A stretch of 64,000 nucleotides of DNA from Okamejei kenojei (lineage: Eukaryota). Shown in pieces: positions 1 through 12,169 of the stretch; position 1 is the stretch's first letter, and each line of letters opens with the position of its first letter. The position numbers were made by a program, and so were the translations under genes. The stretch is from contig JAVHYY010000112.1 in the NCBI GenBank assembly GCA_035221665.1, positions 558,001-622,000 on the forward strand. Reading direction: 5' to 3'. The notes beneath the pieces were generated by a model. The model searched no databases, was not told the DNA's origin, and was given only the letters and a program-made list of their open reading frames with translations.

Positions 1-261
1 GTTAGCCGGTCCCTGTGAGACGGAGTCTGTGGCAGCGACACCTGCAATAATTTAATAACACATAAACATTTTATTCTCAATTAATACAGGCCAATATTCG
101 TGGAGGAGGATGGACATATTCAACTGAGATAGACCAAAGTCTATCCGGCAGGGAGGTTTTCGATATCAGCGACACCTGATAAGGGAACCCGTATATTTTG
201 CGAACTTACTTGTTTAAAGAGCTGCAGCGAAACAATATAAATGAGCAAGAACTGCGAACAT
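1..261 (-). pseudogene. TCR V segment 1 (alpha/delta-like): leader exon 261-210, V exon starts at 41 and runs off the window
   Basis: 52-nt phase-1 leader MFAVLAHLYCFAAAL*T followed by GTAAGT donor (209-204). Acceptor TTGCAG, then VAATDSVSQGPAN (typical V FR1 start). In-frame TAA in the leader. Confidence 0.75.
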
Positions 262-699
262 GTCGGCCGGCGACCGTTCTGAACAAAGAGGACTGACTCT
301 GAAATTGTTTGCAGTGAAGATACTGTGCGACATCCGGCCTCGCTGCAGATTGCGTCCCTGCTGGCTTTGAATTAAGCATCCAATCAGCTTGCAGCTTCGA
401 TCCACCAAATGGAAAATTAGGCCGTTTGCATTCATCTAATCCGCTCGCAATAATTTGACCATACCTCAAAATATAATTGGTTCCGAGCAATGAAACGACC
501 CGAAAGATAAAATAACTAAATCTCTTGGCCTTTCCATAGGTCTAAATTGTGAGGTGAAGGTAAGTTACATGGTCCCCTCTCAACGTTCAACACTCCAAAA
601 CAACTATTTACTGTTTTCCTTATTAGGTATAAATATAGACAATCCGCAGAATCTCAGCACAATGTCGATATGCGGGTCGACCTCCCACAAGAAGATTAT

Positions 700-1150
700 A
701 GAGGCTTTAGAGAGTGCAGAAGAGGTTTACCAGATTGTGCCTGGATTAGATGGCAATACTGAGAGGAAGAGGTTGGACAAACGTGGATTGTTTTCTCTGG
801 AAAGTTTGTTGTGGGAGACGTGGTAGAGGTATACACAATTATAAAAAAAAAACATATATAGGCAGAAACCTTTACCGAGGGTGCAAATGCCAAAGGCGGG
901 AGGCATAGTTTCAAGATGAGAGGGACAGCGTTTAAAGGACGTGAGCTGGACAAGTGTTTTTGACGATAAGTGGTAGAACGCGCTGCCAGGAGTGGTGGTT
1001 TGCGCAGATGCGATATTTGCAAGTAAGAAACTTTTAGCTGGGCAAGTGGATATGTAGGGCGTGAGGGATATGAATCACGTGCAGGCAGAGACGTTTAGTT
1101 TGACTTGGCATCGTGTTGGGAGCAGACGTTCCGTGCTGAAGCGCCTGTTA
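700..1150 (+). mobile_element. Decayed CR1 LINE 3' fragment
   Basis: LERVQRRFT-like / RLDKRGLFSLE motif typical of the CR1 ORF2 C-terminus; boundaries approximate. Confidence 0.65.
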
Positions 1151-1571
1151 TTGTACTCTTTGGATTTTTGTATTGTATGACATATGTGATATGTTCTCCC
1201 GGAGACTGAAACACAGAAATCATGTATTTGTCCAAATGGTCTTAACATCCTTAATCGGTTATATCATTGAATTCAGGATTTTCACTCAGATACGGTGGAC
1301 CGAGAGGGCTTCCTGTTTAATGCACGAAATGAAGATGCAGCTGCCTGCCGTGAGGACCCGAAAGCCAGTGATGCAGGTTTACGCAGGTAGAGTGGTTCCT
1401 ATCCCTAACGCCTGCGTTATTATTAATGGAAATAATATGAAACCTAATTCGGTAATCGATGGAAATTGAAGGGACGGATAGAACGATTTCTGAAACGACA
1501 GAGGATCAAGAAGCTTTCTTTGCGCATAAAATGAATTGGAACCGAAACCCCAAGATCTGCTGAGCTATTGG

Positions 1572-1610
1572 ACTTTTTGTACGAGAATTTTACTGGTTTT
1601 GAACACCGTG
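1572..1610 (-). other. 23-RSS of V2
   Basis: CACGGTG + 23 nt + ACAAAAAGT. Confidence 0.92.
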
Positions 1611-2137
1611 AGCGTCGCTGCACACATATAAACCGCATAGTCGCTCAGCTGCAATTCTAAGATAGTCAGACTTGCGAATTTCGCCGAGTTCTCGTGGACT
1701 GCAGAGAAACGTGTTTTCGCAAAATCTGCCTTGTCGGCAGTTCCGCTGGTTTATTTCACCAGAATAAACTCAATCTGTGCATCTGAGTGTTGCCCATACC
1801 AGAGCAGATTATTGGTGCCGCTCCATGTTGTTTGGTAGGTACAGTTTAAAGTGACATTTCCTCCTTTCATCTCCACGACAGAAGACAACGGATTAGTGGC
1901 AGGATCCCCGTGGCCTCGACCTGAAAAGGCGTTTAAAACAATAATACGTGAGTGCGGCGAATATAACATACGGTAGAAATCGGCATCCGTGGAAAACAAC
2001 GATAAGGAAATGTGTGTGTTGCAAGTTTGGAAGAATGGATTCCTCGCGGTGGCAGGGTTAACATTATTTTTACCGCGAATAAAATCCTTACCAAAGAGGG
2101 ATGCAATGACGAGCAACGTCGCGAGGATATTGTGCAT
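1611..2137 (-). pseudogene. TCR V segment 2 (alpha/delta-like), in-frame stop
   Basis: 46-nt leader MHNILATLLVIASLF/G (2137-2092) with GTAAGG donor and TTTTCAG acceptor. V exon 1920-1611 reads GGNVTLNCTY...LLWYGQH...ILVK*TSGTADKADFAKTRFS...LTILELQLSDYAVYMCAAT, with TAA at 1753-1751. Confidence 0.9.
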
Positions 2138-2559
2138 GATGTTCTCAGAGTCTGTCATTTTTCTGTCTCAGAGCCAACCATTTTCAAGTGGAAATACTTA
2201 TGGTCGCACCATTCGCCCAGCCGAGAAGTTAATAGATGGCAAGCGGGCAGCAGTGCCAGCTGCCGCTCCGATTACACAGGTTATATAACAATAAGGCTTA
2301 GAGCAGTAAACTGGACCTGATGGCGAGTCGGCCACTGTATTCACACTGAACGGATTGCAAGTGTTGAAACCCCATGGGACGTTGGCGCTGCCTCCCATTA
2401 GTCGCATCCGCTGTTGAAATGACAGAGCCCGCTGGATTTGTGCCAGTGGCCAAAATTCATTGGTCGTGAAGCAAGCTGGCGGGCTTCGCCGTGCTTCGCC
2501 AATCTATCTACGTCAGATAGCCGGATTCGATCCTAACCTCGGGTGTTGCTGTCATTTCT

Positions 2560-3100
2560 CCCTTGCAACCTACGTGTAAACGCTTTCCTCTCACACCAAA
2601 TAACCGTCTACAGACGCATCATAGAAAGCATGCTATCGGCTAGCACCAGAACATCGTTTGAGAATAGCCCAAGACTACATGAATTTTCAAAGCGTTAAAG
2701 ATGTAGCACAATCTATTACATAGACCAGGCATTCCTCCATTAACCCTTCACTCTGCCTTAGAAAAGCAGCAGCCAACATATTCAAAATCCAGTCCCAAAC
2801 CTGTAATTCCTGATTCTCCTTGCTCCCGTCGGGCAGAGGGCACGTACGTTCGAAAGTCGTGCCACCAGACTACGGTGCTTTCATAAGCAAGGCTACTGTC
2901 TGATGCACCTCTACCCGATTGCAGACTGTGACTTTCTTGCGACAATGCTCTCTTATAAACTATGTACCCTTCCATTGTTCAATGTACTTTGCTTGCGTCT
3001 GACTGGTTTGATTGTTTCATGTGTGTTTATATCTGATCTGTTTTGATCACAAAACAATAATTTTCATTCTACCTTCACGTACAAAAATAAATCTCAACCT
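2560..3100 (+). mobile_element. Decayed Rex1/Babar-like LINE 3' end
   Basis: Broken frames resembling IIESML...FSLLPSGR, followed by a 3' UTR with AATAAA; similar in type to 33100-33960. Confidence 0.45.
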
Positions 3101-4118
3101 AAAGCAAAGACAAGGGGGTTTGTGAGTTAATTCGACTTTGTAAATATCCTCTGGATGCAAAAGAACGATGACATCGAACTGGTATGAACGCATAATTAAT
3201 GATGGGGGTGCTATGCTGTGCCCATGCTGTGTTTTTCAATGACAACAATTAAACTTTAATAAGATAGAAATGAAGACCTGCCCGAGATCGCGATCTAATG
3301 ACATTCTAACGATCATATAGATAATGATGATCATCATCACTTATTGTCATGTAGCTGGTACAGTGAAATTCTTTGCTTTGCATGCAATGAAGTAAAACAC
3401 GAAAGGTACAGTACGTAAAATACTACAACGATTATAGTGTAATAGTTACCTTCACCGAATCGGTAGAGACAAAGAGTCGTCATGTTTCTGGCGCCAACAA
3501 AGCTTCAAAGTGCTTAACAGTACAGATCTGTTTTGGCGAAAACGACCGATTGTCCTAGCGGCAACTCCTTCTTCCGACACCATATTGGATACGGCCAACG
3601 TCCGCCGCCATCGCCGACTCACTCCTACCTCCCCACCTGTTCCGTGTCACCGGGAACGCGCAGGAGACGAGTCTCGGATAGTTCCAGGTCGCTGGCGGGC
3701 TAGCCAGTCCTTTTGTTGGGATATGGTCATACCTCGCAGGCAGCTACTGCCCCGCATGACTCATCGGTATAGTTTGTCTTTACCGCGCTCTGCCTCCGAC
3801 GAGGGAAAGGAAATCCATGAACAAAATCTGCCGAATATACCAGACTACAAATAGGATTGTCTACGGTGTTATTTATTTAGTATGACTTTAATTTAGTTCC
3901 ACTGCATATATTATCCCTTCTTTGCTGCGCATGAACTGGTTCACCAAAGGTTTACTGTAACCATTGCCGAGATCTTTGTTGTAGCTGTGTTTCAACGGTG
4001 CCTCCCTCATCGGAATATTAATTATTAATGAAATGGATGAAGCGGCGGGCTGGTGGTAGTGGCATGGATGGATGTGCAAATAGAATGTAATATTTGCGTG
4101 AAGGAAATCTAAGGTCTT

Positions 4119-4134
4119 CCACTAGATGGCAGCA
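4119..4134 (+). promoter_or_regulatory. CTCF-like binding motif
   Basis: CCACTAGATGGCAGCA matches the CCASYAGRKGGCRS consensus; lies between divergent V2 and V3. Confidence 0.6.
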
Positions 4135-4172
4135 AAGCGACAGCAACCATCTGAAATGAACTCGGGTTCTTT

Positions 4173-4180
4173 ATTTGCAT
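4173..4180 (+). promoter_or_regulatory. Octamer motif ATTTGCAT
   Basis: Exact octamer 40 bp from the CTCF motif and about 870 bp upstream of the V3 ATG; could be chance. Confidence 0.3.
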
Positions 4181-5046
4181 GGATGCTGTCGGGCGAGCTG
4201 TTTCTATATTCCATGTTCATACATCTATATTCTATTGTCATGTTCGTATACACTGTGTCAATGGGTCGATTGTAATCATGTATTGTCTTTCTGTTAACTG
4301 GTTAGCACGCAACACAAAGCTTATTGTCACGTACACGTGAGAATACATTAAACTAAGCAAGTCTTACCAAAATGGTCTGCTCTTGTATTTATCGCTAACC
4401 TTAAAAGTTGAGCTCTTTTTTTTTTCTGCGGAACTGATGACCAAGCCACACTTTGGGTCAAATTGCCGCTCTGGTTACCTACGCATCAACATGTTACTTC
4501 CATTCGAATGAGGATATAGCTTTCACCTGGGTCAACGCGATTTATATTTCAGGATGTCAGGCTATATCTCCGGTCCCTGATATTATTGAACCTTATTAAG
4601 TTTTAGGACTCCTACCTTTAAACCAGCAAAGTTATTTTTCACGAGTTTGAGTTTCAGTGCAGTTGATCATCACATGTACCGAGGTACAATTAAAAGCTGT
4701 TGTTGCGTGTTAACCAGTCAACTGATAGATTGCTCATAATTGCAATTGAGCCATCCACTCTGTATAGATACACGATAAAGGGAATTTCATGAATAATGTT
4801 CAGTGCAAGATAAAGTCTAATGCAGTCCGATCAAAGATAGTCCAATAGGCACTGACATTATCTGTATTCCCTCACTAAGCATACGTCATAATTTGGAGCA
4901 GATAGGCAGGTCAAACCACGACCAGGCAGACCTACGCCTTCGTTCTGTCGATTATCAGCAGGAGTTCCGTTGCTCCAGCACATCACCCGTTCTCCACACA
5001 CTACAAGCGATGTTGCACAGATGTCTGACTTCTGGAAATAGTAAAA

Positions 5047-6455
5047 ATGGGAGTTCTTGTACTCGTTGTACTGTGGATGAGGTTCATCGTAGGTAAGGCA
5101 GTTATGATTTTCCCCAATATAACTAACGTCCTGGGGGCTGGAGAGCAGACGAATTTCACAGTCACAGAGATTCAGAGGAAAGACACAGATATATAGAAAA
5201 CCCTGGATTGTCTGACCACTGGTCGGATCTGTTGGGGTGAGTAGCTTTCCCGTTGGTTAGGAAAGCCGTAGGCACCAATCACAAAATGAAATTATGATTG
5301 CATGGAGATGAAGACAATGCATTCACCTGTGCGTTATTGGCAGCAAATACAATGGAGCATCAAACTAGTTGGTCCCTGATAAACTGCGCGAATTGTGGAG
5401 TAACTTATTCATTGTCAATGGAAATATAAATATGCCAGTCGGCTGGAAAAGATGCAGCTATCACTTGCGACGAAATTGCCATGAATCGAGAGCCTGAGCT
5501 ACAGGGATAGTTTAGGCAGTCGTCAATTGTATTCCTTGGAGCGCAGAAGGTGAGTGGTAATAGTCGGACGTGTATACATTAGGAGGGGCATTGAGAGTAG
5601 CAGGAGAATGAAGATTCCGAGCGTAGGTTTTAGGTGCGAGCATAAATGGCCACTTCTTCCAAAACGGGCAGTGTGTATATGGACCGAGCTACAAAATGAT
5701 GTAGGTGAAACTGATAGCTGAATCTGGTGTCAGGGGTCATGTGGGGAATTCAGAATAATGGGTTAGGAGGGAGAGATATATCAACCGTGATCGAATGGCG
5801 GAGTACACTTGATGGACCGAATGGCCCAATAGTGTTCCCATCACTTATGACCTGATGCGCTTATGACAATAACAGCATTCAGAATAATTTTGAACTGGCA
5901 ACGACAAGACAACTTTTAGAGGGATTTGAGGCAAACATGGATACAAAGATCATGTTAAGATTGGGCAGCTCGATCGAGTGGTTGTGTCTGTGTTGTTTGA
6001 TTCAATGGATCTCCGCATCAGATCCACTCGTGGAGTAACACATATGCTATCATCTGCACTGTAATGAAGTATGTTAACTTGTATGTCAATATAATTGCGC
6101 GCTTTCCCGCCGATGAGGATTGTATTCAAGTTACGACTAATGTTCTTATTTCGTGTCCCAGATCTCAGCAATGCCGATTCAGTGACACAACGAGAGCCCG
6201 CCGTCAGGCGGATGGAGGGCGATCATGTCACTTTTATTTGCCAGTGAAGCTTATTATTTATACTGGTATCGTCAGTACCCAGGAAGAAGGCCCGAATTCG
6301 TCATGTGGAGAGACACTGACAGCAAGTATGACTTTCAAGCGGATTTCGATAAAGGCCGCTTTGTTGATGTGATGGATAAGACAGCGAGAGAGTATAGACT
6401 GACCATTCCTGGGCCACGGTTGTCCGATACAGCGGTATATTACTGCGCTGGGGCT
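5047..6455 (+). pseudogene. TCR V segment 3 (delta/alpha-like), frameshifted
   Basis: 46-nt leader MGVLVLVVLWMRFIV/G (5047-5092) with GTAAGG donor; acceptor at 6160-6161. V exon DLSNADSVTQREPAVRRMEGDHVTFICQ, then a frameshift near 6245, then SEAYYLYWYRQYPGRRPEF...KGRF...YRLTIPGPRLSDTAVYYCAGA. Confidence 0.92.
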
Positions 6456-6494
6456 CACAATGATGGGTGCGAGCTAAATCCTCGTACAATAATT
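6456..6494 (+). other. 23-RSS of V3
   Basis: CACAATG + 23 nt + ACAATAATT. Confidence 0.88.
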
Positions 6495-6909
6495 GTCGTT
6501 TTCGCGTTACAGCTGTTGTATGTTGCGGGCAACATGCAACCGCTGCGGCGGCACTAACAGTAGAATGCAATTACTGAGCGCACAGAATGCAAGCGGAAAC
6601 CTCAGCGACTAGACTTAAAACAATTCAGACGGAGTCCTGCATTCCAACGCTTGTTGCAGTTAATGTATGAGCCGGTGCTGTCACTTCCTGCAGCTCAGAA
6701 CCTCAATTGTTAATGTCAGTTGCTTCGCTTGTTCCAACAACCTGTTGTCACTGGGCTCCTCTTGATCAGCGGCAGCTTTCGTTAAACGTGGAAATGAATC
6801 TCGGTTAAGTCGTTAAACTGCTATTTGATGAAGAGAGGGCAGGTGGAGCACAGACAACATTTAATGTTTAAAGTAAAAATCGCTTGTCCAGTGGTGATGT
6901 GGCGCTGCT

Positions 6910-7550
6910 GCATGCTGTGAAGTAAGCGAATGGCATGTTGGCCTTCATCACAAGAGGATTTGAGAAGAGGAGCAAAGAGGTCCCTCTGCAATTGTACAGG
7001 GCCCTAGTGAGACCACACCTAGACTATGGTGTGCAGTTTTGCTCCCTTAAATTAAAAGGACATTCTTCCTATTGAGGGAGTGCAACGTACGACCACAAGG
7101 TTAATTTCCGGGATAGCGGGACTGTTAAATGCTGAGAGAATGGAGCGGCTGGGCTTGTATACTCTGGAATTTAGAAGGACGAGAGGGAATCTGCTTGAAT
7201 CATGTAAGATCATTAATGGTTTGGACGCGCTAGAGGAAGGAAACAAATTCCCGATTTTGCGGACGTCCAGAACCAGGGCCACATTTTCAAAATAAGGGGT
7301 TGGCCATTTAGAACGGAGATGAGGATGCGCTTTTTCACAGAGATTTGTGAGTGTGAAATTCTCAGCTTCAGAGGGCGGTGGAGGCCGGTTCTCTGGATAC
7401 TTTCAAGAGCGAGCTAGATAGGGCTCTTAAGATAGCGGAATCAGGGGATATGGGGAGAAGGCAGGAACGGGGAACTGATTGTGGATGATCAACCATGATC
7501 ACATTGAATGGCGGTGCCGGCTCGAAGGGCCGAATGGCCTATTCCTGCAT
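6910..7550 (+). mobile_element. CR1 LINE 3' fragment
   Basis: ERMERLGLYTLEFRR...RTRG motif plus conserved CR1 3' UTR (GATCAGCCATGATCACATTGAATGGCGG-like). Confidence 0.85.
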
Positions 7551-7554
7551 CTGC

Positions 7555-10500
7555 AAGCGAGGAGGTGGGTGACGGTGAGAAAGGGAGGGAAACGTGGAAT
7601 GCACAGGTTCACGGGTGTTGTACCTCTTGTGAACATGTTCACTCACTTAAAAGCTGTCGGGACGGAAGACGTAATCAGACTGAGCGGCGGACTGACTTGC
7701 GAAGCAAAAAGGACCGTTGAGCCTAAACCAAATAGGCCAATGTCAGGAAACGCCGTTGTAGTTGGAGACTCCATTATGAGAGGTACGGGCCATGGCTTTC
7801 TGCAGGAACAGATGGCATTCGAGGAATGTGTGCTGCCTTCCTGGTGCCAGGATCCAGCATGTCATGGACAGAGTGCAGAAAATCCTCAAGGGCGAAGGTG
7901 AACAGCTGGACGTGGTGGTGCATGTCGGCACAAACGATGTCGGAAAGAAGGGGATGAATATTCTGCAGCGTGACTTTAGAGAGCTCGGAAAAATGCTGAA
8001 AAGCAGGACCTCCAGGGTTGTTATCTCCGGTTTGCTTCCAGTTCCTCGTGCTGGTGTGAGCAGGAACAGGGAGATACGGGACCTGAATGTGTGGCTGAGG
8101 AACAGGTGCAGGGCGCATGGATTTAGATTTTTAGATCACTGGGATCTGTTTTGGAGTAAGGGGGAACTGTACAAAAGGGACATGGATTGCATCTTAACAG
8201 GGGGGGGGGGGCAAAATTCTGGCAGGCAGGTTTGCCACTGTTACACGGGTGATTGTAATCTGAATAAGAGGGGTGGGGTGGCAAATGGAATAGTCGAGGT
8301 CAGAGTTAAAGGAAAAGAGTAAAGGGATGGTTAATGACCCCAGAATTAACGGGAAAGGAAGCTCATAAACGGTTAGGAGGCTATGGCCAAATGTAATAGG
8401 GATCGATGTGAAAGGTGAGATGCGTAAGGAGTTAAACGTATTGTAATTGAATGCGCGAAGTATAAGAAGTAGGGTAGATGAGCTTGAGGCTCGGTTAGAG
8501 GTTTGTAGATATGACATTGTGGGGATTACTGAGACGTGGCTGCAGGAGGATCGGGCCTGGGGACTTAACATTCAGGGTTATACATCCTATTGAAAGGACA
8601 GACAGGTGCGCAGAGGAGGGGGGGGGTTAGCTCTGCTGGTGTGGGATGGAATGCAATCCCTTGCGAGGGAAGACATAGGGACTGACGAGGTAGCTTCACA
8701 ATGGATTGAGTTGAGGAATTGTGAAGGCAAGAAGACACTAATTGGTGTTATCTACAGACCACAAATAGTAGTCTGGATGTAGGGTGTAAGTTGTAGCAGG
8801 AGTTAAAACTGGCATGTAACACAGGCAATGTCACTGCGGTGATGGGGGATTTCAATCTGTAGTTTGATTGGGAAAATCAGGTTGGTTCAGGACCCCAAGA
8901 AATGGAGTTTGTAGAATGCCTCCGAGATGGATTCTTAGAACAGCTTGTAATGGAGCCGACGAGAGAAAAGGTAATTCTGGATTTATTGTTGTCCAATGAA
9001 CCAGATATGATAAGAGAACTCGAGGTAGAGGAACCGCTTGGAGATAGTGACCATAATATGATTAGTTTTAATCGGCAATTTGAGAGGGAGGAGGTTAATT
9101 TGGAAGTGTCAGTTTTGCAGTTCAACAAAAGTGACTATGAAGGCATGAGCGGGGAGCTGGCCAAGGTAGACTGGAACGGGATCCTAGCAGGATTGACGGT
9201 GGAACAGCAATGGCAGGATTTTCTGGTATTCCGGAAGACGCAGGATCATTTCATTCCAAAAACGAAGAAATCGTCTAAGGGGAGTAGGAGGCAACCGTGG
9301 CTAACAAGATAAGTTAGTGATAGAATACAACTAAAAGAAAATATGTATAACGCAGCAAAGAGTAGCCGGAAGCCAACGGATTGGGAAACGTTCATAGGAC
9401 AGCAGAAAGAAACAAAACGGCAATAGGGGCTCAAAAGATGAAGTACGAAGGGAAGCTGGCCAGGAATATAAAGAAGGACAGTAAAAGCTTCTTTAGATAT
9501 GTTAAGGGAAAAAAGTAGCAAAGTCAAATGTGGTCCCTTGAAGGCAGACACGGGTGAAATTATTATGGGCAACAAGGAAATGACAGAAGAATGGAATAAG
9601 TACTTCGGATATGTCTTCACAAAGAAGACACAAACAATCTCAAAGATGTACTGGAGAGGATCTAAGGGGGTAGATGAACTGAAATGACGTTTCAGTAGGC
9701 GAGAAATAGTATTGGGTAGGCTAATGGGACTGAAGGATGATAAATCCCCTGGGCCTGATGGTCTGCTTCCCAGGGTCCTCAGGGTGGGCTCTGGAAATAG
9801 TGGACGCATTGGTGATTATTTTCCAATATTCAATAGATTCAGGATCAGTTCCTGTGGATTGGAGGATAGCTAATGTTAGCCCACTTTTCAAGAAAGGGGG
9901 CGAGAGAGAAAAGCGGGAATTACAGACCTGTTAGCCTGACTTCGGTGTTGGGAAAGATGCTGGAGTCAATTATTAAAGAGGTAATACTGGGGCATTTGGA
10001 TAGCAGCAAAAGGAATAGCAAGTCAACATAGATTTATGGAAGGGAAATCATTCTTGTCTAATCTTCTGGAATTGTTTGAGCATGTGACAAGTAAAATGGA
10101 TGAATGGGTGCCAGTGGATGTAGTGTATCTAGACTTTCAGAAATCCTTTGATAATGTCCCCCACGGGAGACTGGTGATTAAAATTAGAGCACATGGTATT
10201 GGGGGCAAGGTCTTGGCATGGATAGAAAATTGGTTGGCAGACCGGTAGCAAAGAGTAGGAGTGAACGGGTCCTTTTTAGAATGGCAGGCTGTGGTGAGTG
10301 GAATGCCACAAGGCTCGGTGTTGGGGCCGCAACAGTTTACCATATATTTTAATGATTTGGAAGAGAGGATTAAGAGCAACTTTAGCAAGTTTGCGGATGA
10401 CACAAAGCTGGGACGCAGTGTAAACTGTGAAGAGGATGTTAGGAGGTTGCTGGGTGACCTGGACAGGTTCAGTGAATGGGCAGATGCGTGGCAGATGCAG

Positions 10501-11335
10501 TATAATATAGATAACTGTGAGGTTACCTACTTTGGCGGCAAAAACAAGGGGGCAGATTATTATCTCAATTGGGTTAGGTTAGGTAAGGGGGAGGTGCAAC
10601 GAGACCTGGGCGTCCTTGTACGCAGGTCACTGAAAGTTGGCTTACAGCTACAGCAGGCAGTGAAGAAAGCTAATGGAATATTGGCCTTCATAACAAGAGG
10701 ATTTCAGTATAGGAGTAAATAGGTTCTCCTGTAGTTGTCTAGGGCTCTGGTGAGCCCACGTCTGAAGTCTTGTGTACAGTTTTGTTCTCCTAATTTGAGG
10801 AAGGACAAGCTTGCGATTGAGGCAGTAGGTTCAGGTAGGTTCACGAGATTGATCCCTGGGATGGCGGTACTGTCATATGAGGAAAGATTGGAAAGACTAG
10901 GCTTGTAGTTGGAAGGATGAGGGGGAAACTTATAGAATCATATACAATTATAAAACGAGTGGACAATCCAGATGCAGGAAAACTGTTCCCAATGTTGGGT
11001 GAGTCCGGAACCATGGGCCACAGTCTCAGAATAAAGTGGAGGTCATTTAAGACTGAGGTGAGAAAAAAAAACATTTTCACCCAGAGAGTTGTGAATTTAT
11101 TGAATTCCCTGCCTCAGAGGGCAGTGGAGGCCAAGTCACTGGATGGATTTAAGTGTGAGTTAGATAGAGCTCGAGGGGCTAGTGGAGTCAAGGGCTATGG
11201 GGAGAAGGCAGTCACGGGTTATTGATAGGGGACGATCAGCCATGATCACAATGAATAGCGGAGCTGGCTCGTAGGGCCGAATGGGCCATCCTGCACCTAT
11301 TTACTATGTTTCTATATTTCTATGTTTCTATGGTC
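7555..11335 (+). mobile_element. Near full-length CR1 LINE (ORF1 SGNH-esterase part, ORF2 APE endonuclease and RT), degenerate
   Basis: VVGDSIMRG / CLPGA / VHVGTND (ORF1 esterase); ITETW, GDFN, SDHN (APE); YLDFQK, PQGSVLGP, KFADDTK (RT); (TTTCTATG)-like tail; many stops. Confidence 0.95.
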
Positions 11336-11929
11336 TATTATCTCTAGTCAAGCATGATGAAGTAGACCATGGGACCAATTTGCTGCCATCGCATCACTAC
11401 AATTGGATAAATCCACGGACTTACGTCCCTAAAGTTTCCGGATATTTTGAAGAGCTGGTGAGCAAATGTCCAATAATCAGACACGATGATAATTATGCGT
11501 TCTGCGGAGCGGAGCAAAGAAGGGACATTTTAAATAAGATAGTATGCAAGTCTAAATCTGGAAAATGGATCGTGCGATCGTATGGTGTGAATTAATAGAA
11601 TTACAGTTCCCATGTTAACTCAAATATTTAATTGATTCAACGTTTTGAGCTCAGTTAGAATCGTTTGCATGCATCGAAATATTGTGTTAGGAGGAACTGC
11701 AGATGTTGGTTTCAACCGAAGATAGACACAAAAAGCTGGAATAACTCAGCGAGGACAAGCAGCAATCCTGTTAAGTGGGAATGCGTGATGTTTCGGATCG
11801 AAACCTTTCTTTAAAAATAGAATTGAATACAACGTCAACCCTTTTATGGCAATAGTCCTGGCCTCGATGTTTTAAATAGATGTTTTCGATATGTCATAAA
11901 ATGTCCAAACCAGACGATGCATTGGGTGA

Positions 11930-12165
11930 TTTAACATACATTGTGACGGCCAGCAGAGCCCGCAAGAGGTTCAGGGCCCAACACAATGGAGAGAAGCAGA
12001 GGGACCCAGAAATGGAAAAGTTCATAATTTTACTCATGGCAATCTCTGGCAGTTTCCTCCTGTTAAGGTTGACATATGTTGTGAATTTTCTATTTGTGTA
12101 ATTTCCAAGCAATGACTATACCAACGTGTCTAATACCACTGACCCGAAGTTTATACTCCAAAAAA
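11930..12165 (+). pseudogene. GPR139-like GPCR fragment (ICL3-TM6-ECL3)
   Basis: YIVTASRARKRFRAQHNGEKQRDPEME..IILLMAISGSFLLLRLTYVVNFLFV*...DPKFILQ, near-identical to the matching part of the 24788-25761 exon. Confidence 0.88.
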
Positions 12166-12169
12166 GATA

